From: Malacoraja senta
Taxonomy: Eukaryota
DNA: 64,000 nt
NCBI GenBank assembly: GCA_038087875.1
Contig: CM075997.1
Span: forward strand, 1,738,001-1,802,000
Direction of reading: 5' to 3'
The translations under genes were made by a program, and so were the position numbers. The notes beneath the pieces were generated by a model, which was not told the origin of the DNA, searched no databases, and was given only the letters and a program-made list of their open reading frames with translations. Shown one piece after another: positions 12,528 through 24,555 of the stretch (its first letter is position 1; the number at the start of each line of letters is the position of its first letter).

Positions 12528-12998
12528 TACCGGACTTTATCTTGCATTAAGTGTTATTCCCTCTATCCTGTTTGTATGCACTCTGGACAGGTTGATTGTA
12601 GTCATGGTTTGGTCTTTGTGCTGACTGGATGCCATGCAAAAATAAGATTTTCACTGTACCTCTGCACGTGTGACAATCACTTAAACTAATCCCACTGACG
12701 TTGAATTGACTCTACGCTATTAGACTGCACAACTTGGAGTTTATTGCAGTGCTAATGACTGAACCCAATACTTCTTAAAATTCAATACTCCTAAATATAA
12801 GTTCACGATGTTAATTTTCCCAACTCCTTTCACTTTTTAAACTCGTATATGTAAAAACAAAACAAAGAACTCTGAAGAAAGGTCTCGACCCGAAACGTCA
12901 CCTATTCCTCGCGAAATAGGCAACGTTTCAGGCTGAAACCCTGAAGGAAATAGGCAACGTTTCAGGCCGAAACCCTGAAGGAAATAGGCAAAGTTTCA

Positions 12999-13482
12999 GG
13001 AATATCTCGCAACGACCAGGTTCAGGAATAGCTACTTCCCCACAGCCATCAGGCTATTAAACTTGGCTCGGACAAAACTCTGAACATTAATAGCCCATTA
13101 TCTGTTTATTTGCACTTTATCAGTTTATTTATTCATGTGTGTATATATTTATATAATGGTATATGGACACACTGATCTGTTTTGTAGTCAATGCCTACTA
13201 TGTTCTGTTAAAGAAGGAACTGCAGATGCTGGAAAATCGAAGGTACACAAAAATGCTGGAGAAACTCAGCGGGTGCAGCAGCATCTATGGAGCGAAGGAA
13301 ATAGGCAACGTTTCGGGACGAAACCCTTCCGGGTTTCGGCCCGAAACGTTGCCTATTTCCTTCAGGGTTTCGGCCCGAAACGTTGCCTATTCCTTCGCTC
13401 CATTGATGCTGCCTCACCCCCTGTGTTTCTCCAGCATTTTTGTATACCTTCGATTTTTCCAGCATCTGCAGTGCTTTCTTAA
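12999..13482 (+). mobile_element. Inverted copy of the Rex1 plus fold-back composite at ~7.9-8.4 kb
   Basis: Near-identical sequence including the junction TATGTTCTG|TTAAAGAAGG. Confidence 0.8.
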
Positions 13483-14159
13483 AGAGCTCAGGAGGTCAGG
13501 TAGCAAGTGCGTAGGGAAATGGACAAGCGCGTTTTGGGTCATAAGTTTATCAGCGATAGGAACAGAATTAGGCCATTCGGCCCATCAAGTCTACTCCGCC
13601 ATTCAATCATGGCTGATCTATCTTTCCCTCACCTGCCTTCTCCCCATAACACCTGACACCCGTACCAATCAAGAATCTATCTATCTCCGCCTTAAATATC
13701 TCCACTGACTTGGCCTCCACAGCCGTCCGTGGCAATGAATTCCACAGATTCGCCACCCTCTGACTAAACAAATTCCTCCTCATCTCCTTCCGAAAAGAAC
13801 GTTCTTCATATTTCCGAGGCTGTGACCTCTGGTCCTAGACCCTCCCACTAGTGGATACACCCTCTCCACGTCCACTCTATCCAGGCCTTTCACTATTCGA
13901 ACCGTTCAGGACCGTCAGATCCATTGTAAACCATGCTGAGTCCACCATTCACTTGCGTTGGAATTTCCCGTCAAAGCCACGATCTCAGGGATTACACCAG
14001 AGATGTAAAAATGACACAAAACGCTGGAGTAACTCAGCGGGACAGGCAGCATCTCTGGAGAGAAGGAATGGGTGACGTTTTGGGTCGAGACCCTTCTTCA
14101 GTCTGAGAGTCAGGGGAGGGGGGGCGGGACAAGGATAGAATGTAGGCAGAGACAGTAAA

Positions 14160-14754
14160 AGGCCTGTCTCACGAGTCTGCGGTCATTGGCGGCGAAACGG
14201 GAAGAATCTGCCGCCGTAGACCGCGTACTCGTGAGAACGCACAATTCCGGGGCCGTGCGTCGGTGTTCCCAACACCGCACGGTGCTAAAATAAAACCGAC
14301 AATGTTGAAAACTATAATCTTACCGCACAACCTCCACCAGTGAGGCACGGGTGCGGCACGGCCGCCCGCACGGGCCGCCGCCAGTGTGGCTCGAGCGCCG
14401 TGCGTCAAACCTCCACTGCCACAGCCTCCGCCAGTGAGGCACGTGCCTCCGCCAGTGAGGCACGTGTGCGGCACGGCCGCAGGCACAGCCACCGCTACAG
14501 CGCCGCGATCAGGACGGCCGCCGCCACGGCGGGTCCCACGTGCGGCGGGCCGACGTCATCGCAGTCGGCCCGCCCTTTTTTTTACTTACCGCAAGCACGT
14601 GGGACCCGCCGTGTTTGAATTACTCGGCCCCCGCGCAGCATCCGTGCGGCGCTCCAGTGGATAGGCTCGGCGCTCTCGCCGTTGCCGTGCGGTCCCCGCT
14701 ACCGGCGACGCCGCGCTTCACCGCCGATGACCGCAAACAGGTAAGACAGAGCCT
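14160..14754. mobile_element. CpG-rich MITE (PIF/Harbinger-like) inserted in a Penelope fragment
   Basis: Imperfect TIRs: AGGCCTGTCTCAC..TGCGGTCATTGGCGGCGAA versus the reverse complement of the right end, AGGCTCTGTCTTAC..TGCGGTCATCGGCGGTGAA. TAA/TTA flanks. No transposase. Confidence 0.7.
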
Positions 14755-15040
14755 TTAGACCGGTGGGAGAACTGGGAAGGGGAAGGGGATGGAGAGAGAA
14801 AGCAAAAGCTTATCTGAAGTTAGAGAGGTCAATGTTCATACACCCTTCATTAATGCTGGGAAAGAGAGAAAACGGGATAGTTGGAAGTTGCAGAACAGGT
14901 TTGGGAGAGATGGCTTGGAGAAAGAGAATATCTCTGAGAGGGGGGGGGGGTCCAGGGTTCTAGAGCTGCCTGGTTGGTAGAGTAACGAGGAAGATTGGCG
15001 GGAGAGTGAAAACAAATGTGTTAAACTTAGCAAATACCGG

Positions 15041-15350
15041 TCAGAGCTGAAACCAAAAATGAGTTGATCGACCCCAACGAGGAGGGCGCGACCACCGGCT
15101 ACGAGAGTAAGATCGTCCCGTCAACGGAAGGCTCGAGGACCCCGACCGCGGGAGACCAAAGAAGGGAAGAGATTGAACTTTTTTTTCGCCTTCCATCACA
15201 GTGAGGAGTGTGGAGGGGTAACTGTGGTGGATGTTCGTGTTAAAATGTATTGTGTGTGTGTTCTGATGCTTTTTATTGGTACGACTGTACGGCAAATCAA
15301 ATTCCTCGTGTATGTTGCAAAACATACTTGGCTAATAAAGTATGATTATG
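15041..15350 (+). mobile_element. Non-autonomous retroelement related to 11197-11612, with a different tail
   Basis: Shared CCATCACAGTGAG...ACTGTGGTGGATGTT core. Tail is CAAATTCCTCG..TATGTTGCAAAACATACTTGGCTAATAAA. Confidence 0.55.
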
Positions 15351-15792
15351 ACACTGTAGACACGGCTGGTTTACAACCGACTTGTGTCCGCTGGATAGAC
15401 ACATAACTAAACGGGCCAGGCAGCATCTCTGGAGGGCATGGATGGGTGATGTGTTGGGTTGGGACCCTTCACTCTCTTGACCTGAAACGCGTTCTCCAGC
15501 ATGTTCTCCAAGGATGCTGCCTGACCCACTGCATTAGCCATGATCACAATGAATGGCAGTGCTGGCTCGATGGGCCGAATGGCCTCCTCCTGTACCTATT
15601 TTCTATCTTTCTATTACTCCAGCACTTTGTATCCATTTCTAGAAGACATTTCAGGTCGGGTCCATTCTTCATTATCCTCTACCTATGGCCTCATAACTTT
15701 CAATACCTCTTTCAGTTTCACTCACAGTCCCCCTCAGCTCCAAGCAAAATAATCCTATCTAGTGTCTCCCAAAACAGAACTGGTATCACTAG

Positions 15793-16201
15793 AGCGGCAC
15801 AGTGGCGCAGCGGTAGAGTTGCAGCCTTGCAGCACCAGAGTCCCGGGTTCGATCCTGACTATGGGGGCTGTCAGTATGGATTTGTACTGTACATTCCCCC
15901 TGTGACCTGCATGGTCTGGAGAAGGGACTCGACCCGAAACGTCACCCATTCCTTCTCTCCAGAGATGCTGCCTGTCCCGCTGAGTTACTCCAGCTTTATG
16001 TGTCTATATCTTGGGTTTTCTCCAGATGGTCCGGTTACCTCCCACATTCCAAAAACATGCAGGTTTGTAGGTTAATTGGCTTGATATAATTGTAAATTGT
16101 CTCTAGTGTAGGTAGGATGGTGTCAGTGTGCGGGGATCGCTGGTCGGCACGGACTCGGTGGGCCGAAGGGCCTGTTTCCGCGCTGTATCTCTAAACTAAA
16201 C
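15793..16201 (+). mobile_element. V-SINE interrupted by a Penelope terminal-repeat fragment (~15915-16010)
   Basis: A and B boxes and tail present; inserted segment is GAAGGGACTCGACCCGAAACGTCACC... Confidence 0.75.
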
Positions 16202-16322
16202 AAGACCGAACTCAGCAGATCAGGCAGCGTCTCTGGAGAAAAGGAACGGGTGATGTTTCGGTTTGAGTTCCTTCCTCAGATTGAGAGTCAGATGAGAGGG
16301 AAAGTAGAGGTATGAAAAGATA

Positions 16323-16792
16323 AGGGCCTGTCCCATTTGGCCGCCATTTGCGCCTCATTTACGCGTCATATGTAAAATAGGTCGACGCGCCATGATGCGC
16401 GATGATGCGCGCAAATCACGTGTCATCACGCCGTCTGGTGCGTGTGACGTCATTATAATACCCTGCGGCCATGCGTGGTTACGCACGTACCCGCATGGTG
16501 ACGTAACCATGCGTCACCACGCGATACACGTGAGACGTCGGGACGCCAGCGGGTGACGGCAATGCATCAGCATGCATACGCGATACGTTACGCAGGTGGC
16601 GCGCGAGGATTTCGTTACACTACGAAATCCTGGAGCGCTGCACGATACCGCGCGCCACCGCATGCGATTCCACGCCTCACCATGCGCAATGCGTGCGTCA
16701 CCCACGCACACCCCACGCGTCACGGCACGTCGACCTATTTTACATATGACGCGTAAATGAGGCGCAAATGGCGGCCAAGTGGGACAGGCCCT
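16323..16792. mobile_element. CpG-rich MITE with ~65-bp near-perfect TIRs (PIF/Harbinger-like)
   Basis: AGGGCCTGTCCCA(T/C)TTGGCCGCCATTTGCGCCTCATTTACGCGTCATATGTAAAATAGGTCGACG at both ends, inverted, with one mismatch. Confidence 0.85.
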
Positions 16793-17152
16793 GTAGAGAG
16801 CAAATCAGAGCCAGCACGTTGGCCAAGGAAATGTGGAGCCCACAATGGTCCATTGTTGGTTGTGGAAGAGTTTATAACGAAGGGATACTAGCAGTAAATA
16901 TCGCAGGACGACTTAGGTGGGGGTGGGACGGAGAGAGAGAGGGGATGTAAGGGTTACTTGAAGTTAGAGAATTCAACGTTCATACCGCTGGGGTGTAAGC
17001 TGCCTGAGAGAAATATGAGGTGCTGTTCCTCCAATTTGCGCTGGGCCTCACTCTGACAGTGGAGGAGGCCCAGGACAGATAGGTCAGTGTGGGAATGGGA
17101 GTTAAAGCGTTTGGCGACCGGGAGATCGTGTAGGCCAAGGCTGACTGAGCCG
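16793..17152 (-). mobile_element. Penelope-like GIY-YIG 3' fragment (continues left of the MITE to ~16205)
   Basis: Minus strand encodes HTDLSVLGLLHCQSEAQRKLEEQHLIF..LHPSGMNVEFSNFK. Confidence 0.8.
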
Positions 17153-18244
17153 AGATCCCATTAGTTTAGTTTAGTTTAGAGATATGGTAACGGGCCCTCC
17201 TACACCCCGAGTTCACGCCTGTTTCTGCGCTGTATCTCTAAAGTCTAGCGTTCTGTCCGAGCGCAGGAGGCAGCATCAGTTCTGTTGTCAATGTACACGG
17301 GGGGGGGAGAAGATCAACATAGGAGATTTGTGTTTTTTAGTTTCGAGATACAGCGCGGGAACTGTCCCGGTTCTCTAAAGGCAGCAACTCTACCGCTGCT
17401 CCACCGGGCCGCCCTGTTACTCCAGCACTTTGTGTCTAATGGGAGCTCTTTAGACGCACAGCCGTTTAAGAAGGTGTCTCATCACTACCTTCTCCAGGGC
17501 GATGAGGGATGTGTGATAATTGTTAATCTCTCAGCCATGCCCAGCTCTCAAAAAATTAATTTGAGAAAAATGCTCCATAGTTGGAATGGCGAATTGAAAT
17601 ACAAAGCTATGAGGCAAGGCGGATTGTTCAGCTCAATACTGGACCCGCTCTTTATTACGAGTATGTGCTGAGAATTTGTGTTTTGTTCTGTTTCTAAGGT
17701 AATTATTCTAATGAAGGAGGGCAGTGCACCATTTGAAGTCTGTTGGCATGTAGCATTTGTTACAGAGCAAATGCTGTCCCATAAGTTAGTCTGCCTTCGG
17801 ACTATTGCATGCCAACTCGGGAGAAAAATTGCCTGATTCTGTATCCAAGGGACGAGGTAACAGGGAAATCTTCTGCGTCCCTTAACTGAGGAGCTGTGTA
17901 TGCTAAACAGTCCTGATGGTTTTAAAGAGTTTGCAATCCATGGAGGAATTTACATTGGAGCCCTGGTTATGAATAGTTTCATTGTGCCTCTCCACAGTAG
18001 ATAATCTCAATTCTAATGAAGTGGGTGTCAGGGGCAATATAGATTGTTGTGATATAAGAGGGGACCAGCAAACCCTTGCAATCGCTCCCCGCCACCTGCC
18101 GAACTGTGTGCTGCCGTTACCCAGGGCTCACATTGGCCCGACCAGCACAACATTTTAGGTAGACAAAAATGCTGGAGAAACTCAGCGGGTGAGGCAGCAT
18201 CTATGGAGCGAAGGAATAGGTGACGTTTCGGGTCGAGACCCTTA

Positions 18245-18474
18245 CATAGAAACATAGAAAGATAGAAAATAGGTGCAGGAGGAGGCCATTCGTCCCTTCG
18301 AGCCAGCACCGCCATTCATTGTGATCATGGCTGATCGTCCCCCAATCAATAACCCGTGCCTGCCTTCTCCCCATATCCCTTGACTCCACTAGCCCCTAGA
18401 GCTCTATCTAACTCTCTCTCAAATCCATCCAGTGATTTGGCCCCCACTGCCCTCTGTAGCAGGGAATTCCACAA
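18245..18474 (-). mobile_element. CR1 LINE 3' end
   Basis: LWNSLLQRAVGAKSLDGFERELDRALGASGVKGYGEKAGTGY. Confidence 0.85.
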
Positions 18475-18896
18475 ATAGAATTCCACAAGTTCCTTCTTCA
18501 GACTGAACCCGAAACGTCGCCTATTCAGACGGGTGCTGTCGAAACATAGATGCTGCCGCACCCGCTGAGTTTCTCCAGCATTTTTTATCTACCTTCGATT
18601 TTTCCAGCATCTGCAGTTCCTTCTTAAACAGAAGATTCTAGTTTAGTTTAGTTTAGAGATACCCCGTGGAAACAGGCCCTTCGGCCCACCGAGCCTGCGC
18701 TGACCAACACTATCCTACACACACACACACACGAGGGACAATTTTACATTTAGACCAGAGCCAATTAACCTGCAAACCTGTACGTCTCTGGAGTGTGGAG
18801 GAAAATGTAGATCTCGGAGAAAACCCACGGGGAGAACGTACAAACTCTGTACAGACAGCACCCGTAGTCGGGATCGAACCCTGGTCCCTGGCGCCA

Positions 18897-19196
18897 TATA
18901 ACCATATAACAATTACAGCACGGAAACAGGCCATCTCGGCCCTTCTAGTCCGTGCCGAACACTTACTCTCACCTAGTCCCATCTACCTGCACCCAGACCA
19001 TAACCCTCCATTCCTTTCCCGTCCATATACCCATCCAATTTATTTTTAAATGATAAAATCGAACCTGCCTCCACCACTTCCACTGGAAGTTCATTCCACA
19101 CAGCTACCACTCTCTGAGTAACGAAGTTCCCCCTCATGTTACCCCTAAACTTTTGTCCCTTAATTCTCAAATCATGTCCTCTTGTTTGAATCTTCC
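18897..19196 (-). mobile_element. CR1 LINE 3' end (second subfamily) nested in a V-SINE (~18640-19225)
   Basis: TRGHDLRIKGQKFRGNMRGNFVTQRVVAVWNELP. Confidence 0.8.
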
Positions 19197-20302
19197 ATGA
19201 GGCAGCAACTCTACCGCTGGGCCACTCCAAAGACATCAGTCTACACACACACCAGCCATCAGGCAATACCCCAGGACCCTGGCGTTTCCAGGACTCTGGC
19301 GTTTATGTTTTAACATAATGTGCTTCAAATTCTTTCTGTGCAAACCAGTTGCTTATACGGGACCCATCGTCATCTCTATAGCAGAACACAAAGTGATGGA
19401 GGGACTTGGTGGTTCAGACCTCATCCCTGGAGGGAATGGATAGGCAACGTTTCGGCTTGGGACCCTTCTCCAGACTGATGCAGTGGGGACTATGGAGATA
19501 GCTGTAAAAGAGAGGTAGGGGCAGGGCAAAACCTGGCAAGTGATGGAAAGGAACTGCAGATGCTAGTTTATACCGAGGATAGACACAAAGTGCTGGAGTA
19601 ACTCAGCGGGTCAGGCAGCATCTCTGGAGGAAACGAACAGGTGATGTTTCGGGTCGGGACCCTTCTTTGGACTTTGGGATGTGGCAGGAAACTGGAACAC
19701 CTGGAGAAAACCCACGCGATCACATGGAGAACGTACAAACTCCGTACAGACAGCACCCGTCTGAAGAAAGCTAATCACGAAATTTAGCTTAACCCACTAT
19801 TCCCCATACGCTAACTCTCAATCCATTATATTCAAGGGCCTTTTCAACTCTTATTTCCCCTGTCGTCAGGGTGAAGATACTAAAGCTTGAAAGCACGTGC
19901 TACCAGATTCAGAAACAGCTTCTTTCGCTTCTGTGTGGTCCTTCTATAACCTAGGACACAGTACTGATCTTCCAACCTACCCCATTGCAGGCTTTGCACT
20001 TTTTCCTCTGGAACTGTTATGCAACAATGCTGAAAATCTCTATTCTGCTCTCTGGTATTTTTCTCTTTGCTCAACCTGATGTACTCACTCTTTGATTTGA
20101 TTGTATTTATGTGTAGTATTATTTGATTTGATTGAATAGCAAGCAACCTAAAGCTTTTCACTGTATCTCAGACCACTTGATAATGATTACCAAATGACAA
20201 TTCCAATTAGTCCTGTATCCTAACTCTCAATTACTTTCCCTTGTATACTTTCTCCAACCAGGGAAACAAATTCATCTTTCCTCATCACAAGCTACCCAAA
20301 CG

Positions 20303-20690
20303 GCTCAACTCCCCCTCCCATTCCGTATCCGACCTTTCTGTCCTGGGCCTCCTCCATGGCCAGAGTGAGTCCCAGCGCAAATTGGAGGAGCAGCACCTCA
20401 TATTTTGCTTGGGCAGTTTACACCCCAGCGGTACGAACATTGACTTCTCCAATTTCAGGTAGTCCTTGCCTTCTCCCTCCTTCCCCTCCCCTTCCCAGCT
20501 CCCCCACAGCCCACTGTCTCTGCCTCTTCCTTTCTTCTTCCCGATCCCACCCCCACATCAGTCTGAAGAAGGGTCTCGACCCAAAACATCACCTATTCCT
20601 TCGCTCCATAGATGCTGCCTCACCCGCTGAGTTTCTCCAGCATTTTTGTCTACCTTCGATTTTTCCAGCATCTGCAGTTCTTTCTTAAAC
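20303..20690 (+). mobile_element. Penelope-like 3' fragment with terminal repeat
   Basis: NSPSHSVSDLSVLGLLHGQSESQRKLEEQHLIFCLGSLHPSGTNIDFSNFR, then CTGAAGAAGGGTCTCGACCC. Confidence 0.85.
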
Positions 20691-21257
20691 ATAGGAGCGA
20701 AGAGGTCCTTCTGCAGTTGTACAGGGTCCTGTTGACACCGCAGCTGGAGTATTGCGCGCAGTTTTGGTCATCAAAATGTAGACACAGGAAACTGCAGACG
20801 CTGCTTTACAAAAAAGGACACAAAGTGCTGGAGTAACTTGGCGGATCAGGTATTAGTTCAGTTTAGACTTTTAGAATTTAGAGATACAGTGCGTAAACAG
20901 GCCTTTCGGTACGATCGAGTCCGCTCTGACCAGCGATCACCGTACACAGGCGCTATCCTACACACTAGGGATCATTTACAATTTTTACCGAAGTCAAATA
21001 ACCTACAAACCTGTGTGGGAGGAAACCTGAGCACCCGGGCAAAACCCACGTGGTCACAGGAGGAAGGTACAAACTCTGCACAGACAGCACCCGAGGTCAA
21101 GATCGAACCCAGGTGTCTGGGCTCTGTAAGGTACCAACTCTACCGCTGTGCCACTTGTCTATTGTCACGTGTACCAAGTTACAGTGAAAAGCTTTTTGTC
21201 GCATCCTATCCAGTCAACGCAAAGATTATGCATGATTACAAAGGACCTCTACACGGA

Positions 21258-21905
21258 ACTGAACTTTATTTAGAGAGCGATTTAAAAACAACCGCTGTTG
21301 CAACGACTAATCATGGACATAAAACAAAATGATAAAAACATTAAAAGACAGTAAAAAAGAATAAAAAACAATAGAAACACTAAAACAGGAACAAAGTCTC
21401 ATGCAGGGTCAAAAGCCAAGGAATAGAAAAGGGTTTTAAGACTGGTTTTGAAAATGGACAGTGAAGGGGCCTGTCTAATGTGCAACGGTAGAGTGTTCCA
21501 TAATGTCGGAGCAGCAACAGAGAAGGCTCTATCCCCTCTGAGCTTCCGCTTAGACCTCGGTACCTCCAGGAGCAGCTGATCAGCTGACCTGAGGCACCGA
21601 GCAGGAGCGTAGGGATGAAGCAGCTCAGAGAGGGAAGGCGGGGCGAGACCATTTAAAGATTTAAAAACAAATAAAAGAATCTTAAAACAAACTCTAAAGT
21701 ACACAGGCAACCAGTGGAGGGATGGAGGCCAGAATAGGCGTTATGTGCTCCCTCTTACGTGTTCCAGTTAAAAGGCGAGCGGCAGCGTTCTGAACCAACT
21801 GGAGACGTGCAACGGATGATTGGCTAACTCCAATATTAAGTGCGTTACAGTAATCCAGCCGAGATGTGATGAAGGCATGGAGTACTGTTTCAAAATGCTG
21901 TCGCA
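21258..21905 (-). mobile_element. L2-clade LINE 3' fragment
   Basis: HWLPVYFRVCFKILLFVFKSLNGLAPPSLSELLHPY...RGDRAFSVAAPTLWNTLP. Confidence 0.85.
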
Positions 21906-22278
21906 GTGAGCAGATGCAGGTTAAAAGGAATAAAAGTTTAGTGGGTCTGGGTGTGGGTCTTCAATGAGGTAGATGGTAGCTCAGGACCATTCTCTAGTTG
22001 TTGGTAGGATGGTTCAGTTGCCTGATAACAGCTGGAAAGAAACGGTCTCTGAATCTGGAGTCCCTTTAGAGTTATCTCTGGAGGACATGGATAGGAGACC
22101 TTTCAGCTCAGAAGCCTTTTTCTGTTCTAACCAGAAACGTTGCGTGCCCATGTTCTCCAGAGATGCCGCCTGACCCGCTGAGTTACTCCAGCACTATGTG
22201 TCCGGTCTTGGCCATCAAAGCCCCCCTCTACCTTGATAAAGCCAATCATAGCCTGGTCTATTTCATCATTGCCTTTAG

Positions 22279-22416
22279 CGGGGGTGGAAGGTTGCAACCT
22301 TCACGTGGTCCGCCAGGTTTCAACTAATGCAATCAACTCGACGTGCTCAAACGGAAGATCAAATAGAACAAGTTGTCCAACAACTTTAGGCTGTGCACGT
22401 CACACGACAGAAGAAG
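22279..22416 (+). mobile_element. Short HDV-like-ribozyme-headed retroelement (family A)
   Basis: 11-bp TSD ATTGCCTTTAG (22268-22278, 22417-22427). Ribozyme fold at 22281-22334. Tail CACACGACAGAAGAAG is identical to the LINE tail near 1283. Confidence 0.8.
22281..22334 (+). ncRNA. HDV-like ribozyme (P1 partly decayed)
   Basis: P1 GGGGTGG/CCGCCAG, P2 GGTTGCA/TGCAATC, P3 ACC/GGT, L3 TTCACGT, J4/2 CTAA. Confidence 0.65.
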
Positions 22417-22667
22417 ATTGCCTTTAGTACGGGTGTCAGGGGTTATGGGGAGAAGGCAGGAGAATGGGGTTAGGAGGGGGAGATAGATCAGCCATGATTG
22501 AATGGCGGAGTAGACTTGATGGGCCGAATGGCCTAATTCTGTTCCATCACTTTGGGGGAGCGGGTTGCGTTGGGGGACCAGGCCACTTGTCACCAATAAA
22601 ATGATCAAAATGTGTAAAAGCAGAGAGTATGTAAACACAAAAATGCATAAGAACAGTCAAACACGCA

Positions 22668-23037
22668 TTGTTAAGGGTTTGGACACGCTAGAGGCAGGAA
22701 ACATGTTCCCGTTGTTGGGGGAGTCCAGAACCAGGGGCCACACACAGTTTAAGAATAAGGAGTAAGCCATTTAGAACGGAGACGAGGAAACACTTTTTCA
22801 CACACAGAGTGGTGAGCCTGTGGAATTCTCTGCCTCAGAGGGTGGTGGAGGCCGGTTGTCTGGATACTTTCAAGAGAGAGCTAGATAGGGCTCTTAAAGA
22901 GAGCGGAGTCAGGAGATATGGGGAGAAGGCAGGAACGGGGTACTGATTGGGGATGATCAGCTATGATCACATTGAATGGCAGTGCTGGCTCGAAGGGCCG
23001 AATGGCCTACTCCTGCACCTATTGTCTATTGTCTATT
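22668..23037 (+). mobile_element. CR1 LINE 3' fragment
   Basis: IVKGLDTLEAGNMFPLLGESRTRGH plus standard 3'UTR. Confidence 0.85.
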
Positions 23038-23392
23038 ATTTCTTAGAGGTCCCTGTATGACTACCTCTCTTAATTGGCATCGTTCGGCTCGTCAAGTCGT
23101 CAACTCCGCCATAGATGGCTGATCTATCTCTCCCTCCTAACCCCATTCTCCTGCCTTCTCCTCATAACCCCTGACACCAGTATTTCATTTCTTCACTTGT
23201 GAACGCCTCTCCCTTGCTGGGTCCACAAGGGCATCTTATAGCCACATTGAAACAAGAAGGATTATAAATCGTAACCATTTCGAGATGAATGCCTAACTCT
23301 GCGAGAGAGAATCTGCAAGACTTCGACGTGTCCTTATCGTTGCTCCGTTTGCGAACACGGCCAGCATCTCGTGCACAGAAAGCTCCCACTAA

Positions 23393-23690
23393 AGGGCGGC
23401 ACGGTGGCGCAGCGGTAGAGTTGCTGCCTCACAGCGCCAGAGACCCGGGTTCGATCCCGACTACGGGTGCTGTCTGTACGGAGTTTGTACGCTCTCCCCG
23501 TGACCTGCGTGGGTTTTCTCCAGGATCTCTGGTTTCCTCCCACACTCCAAAGACGTGTAGGTTTGTAGGTTAATTGGCTTTGGTGTAAATGTAAAAATTG
23601 TCCCAGTAATGAGCGGAGAATGCTGGTCGGCGCGGACTTGGTGGGACGTAGGGCCTGTTTCCGCGCTGTATCTCCAAACTAAACTGAACT
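23393..23690 (+). mobile_element. Full-length HE1-type V-SINE
   Basis: GGGCGGCACGGTGGCGCAGCGG (A box), GGGTTCGATCCC (B box), tail CTAAACTGAACT. Confidence 0.9.
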
Positions 23691-24087
23691 AGACTGAATG
23701 CCGTCGCGATAATGGCCAGATGTTGTATAGTTAGTGGTGTTGATTGGCAGGCAACTACTGGCCCAGACTCTGTGGAGATCTGGTGCGTTTGTGGAGCTGA
23801 GCGCTGGGACTCCACCAGAGAGGGCAAGGACAGGGGGAGCGGATGAAATATTGATGAGAGCATAGGCACGCCTGACTATGTCACCGTCTGTGGCACTCGG
23901 AGAGCTGGAGAACGCTGGGGGGGAGGGAGGAGGGCAACCAGAGAGGAAGCAAATTTGTTGCTCGCAAGAGAATCGCCAATGAAAATATAGATTCTGATTA
24001 AACAAGCCGAGATATATAATGAAGGTGACAAGAAGGACAGTGATGTGTGTCATCAGAGAAATCTTACTGCAGATTCCCGCAGTGCGT

Positions 24088-24555
24088 TTGTCTGTCTGTG
24101 CACACGCATACATGTGTGTGCACCTGCCCACTGTGTGTGTGTATGTGTGTATGAGTGTGCACCTGCCCACTGTGTGTGTGTGTGTGTATATGTATGAGTG
24201 TGCACTTGCACACGTGTATGTGAGCGAGTGTGTGTATGAGTTGCACCTGCACACTTTGTCTGTGCGTGTGTGTGTGTATGAGTGTGCACCTGCACATGTG
24301 CATGTGTGTGCACCTGCACACGTGTGTGTGCGTGTGTGTATGAGTGTGCATTTGCACACGTGTATGAGTTTGCACACACATACCCATGCGTTTGTGTGCG
24401 CACACATCCGCGTGCACACATGCCTGTATATGTGTGTGCGTGTGCATGTTCATGCGTGTGCACACGAGCATGCACACACCTGGGGAGCGTGCATGCACAC
24501 ACACACACGCGCAGGTGCACATATGCGACTTGTGTTTGGTTTGCACGCGTGCATA
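24088..24555. repeat. Degenerate (TG)/(CA) low-complexity tract with recurring GTGCAC
   Basis: Direct inspection. Confidence 0.85.

Noticed and set aside
14340..14758. GC-rich ORFs or a host CpG-island promoter
   Set aside because: They lie inside a TIR-bounded MITE.
23393..23465. tRNA gene
   Set aside because: It is the tRNA-derived head of a V-SINE and continues into the SINE body.
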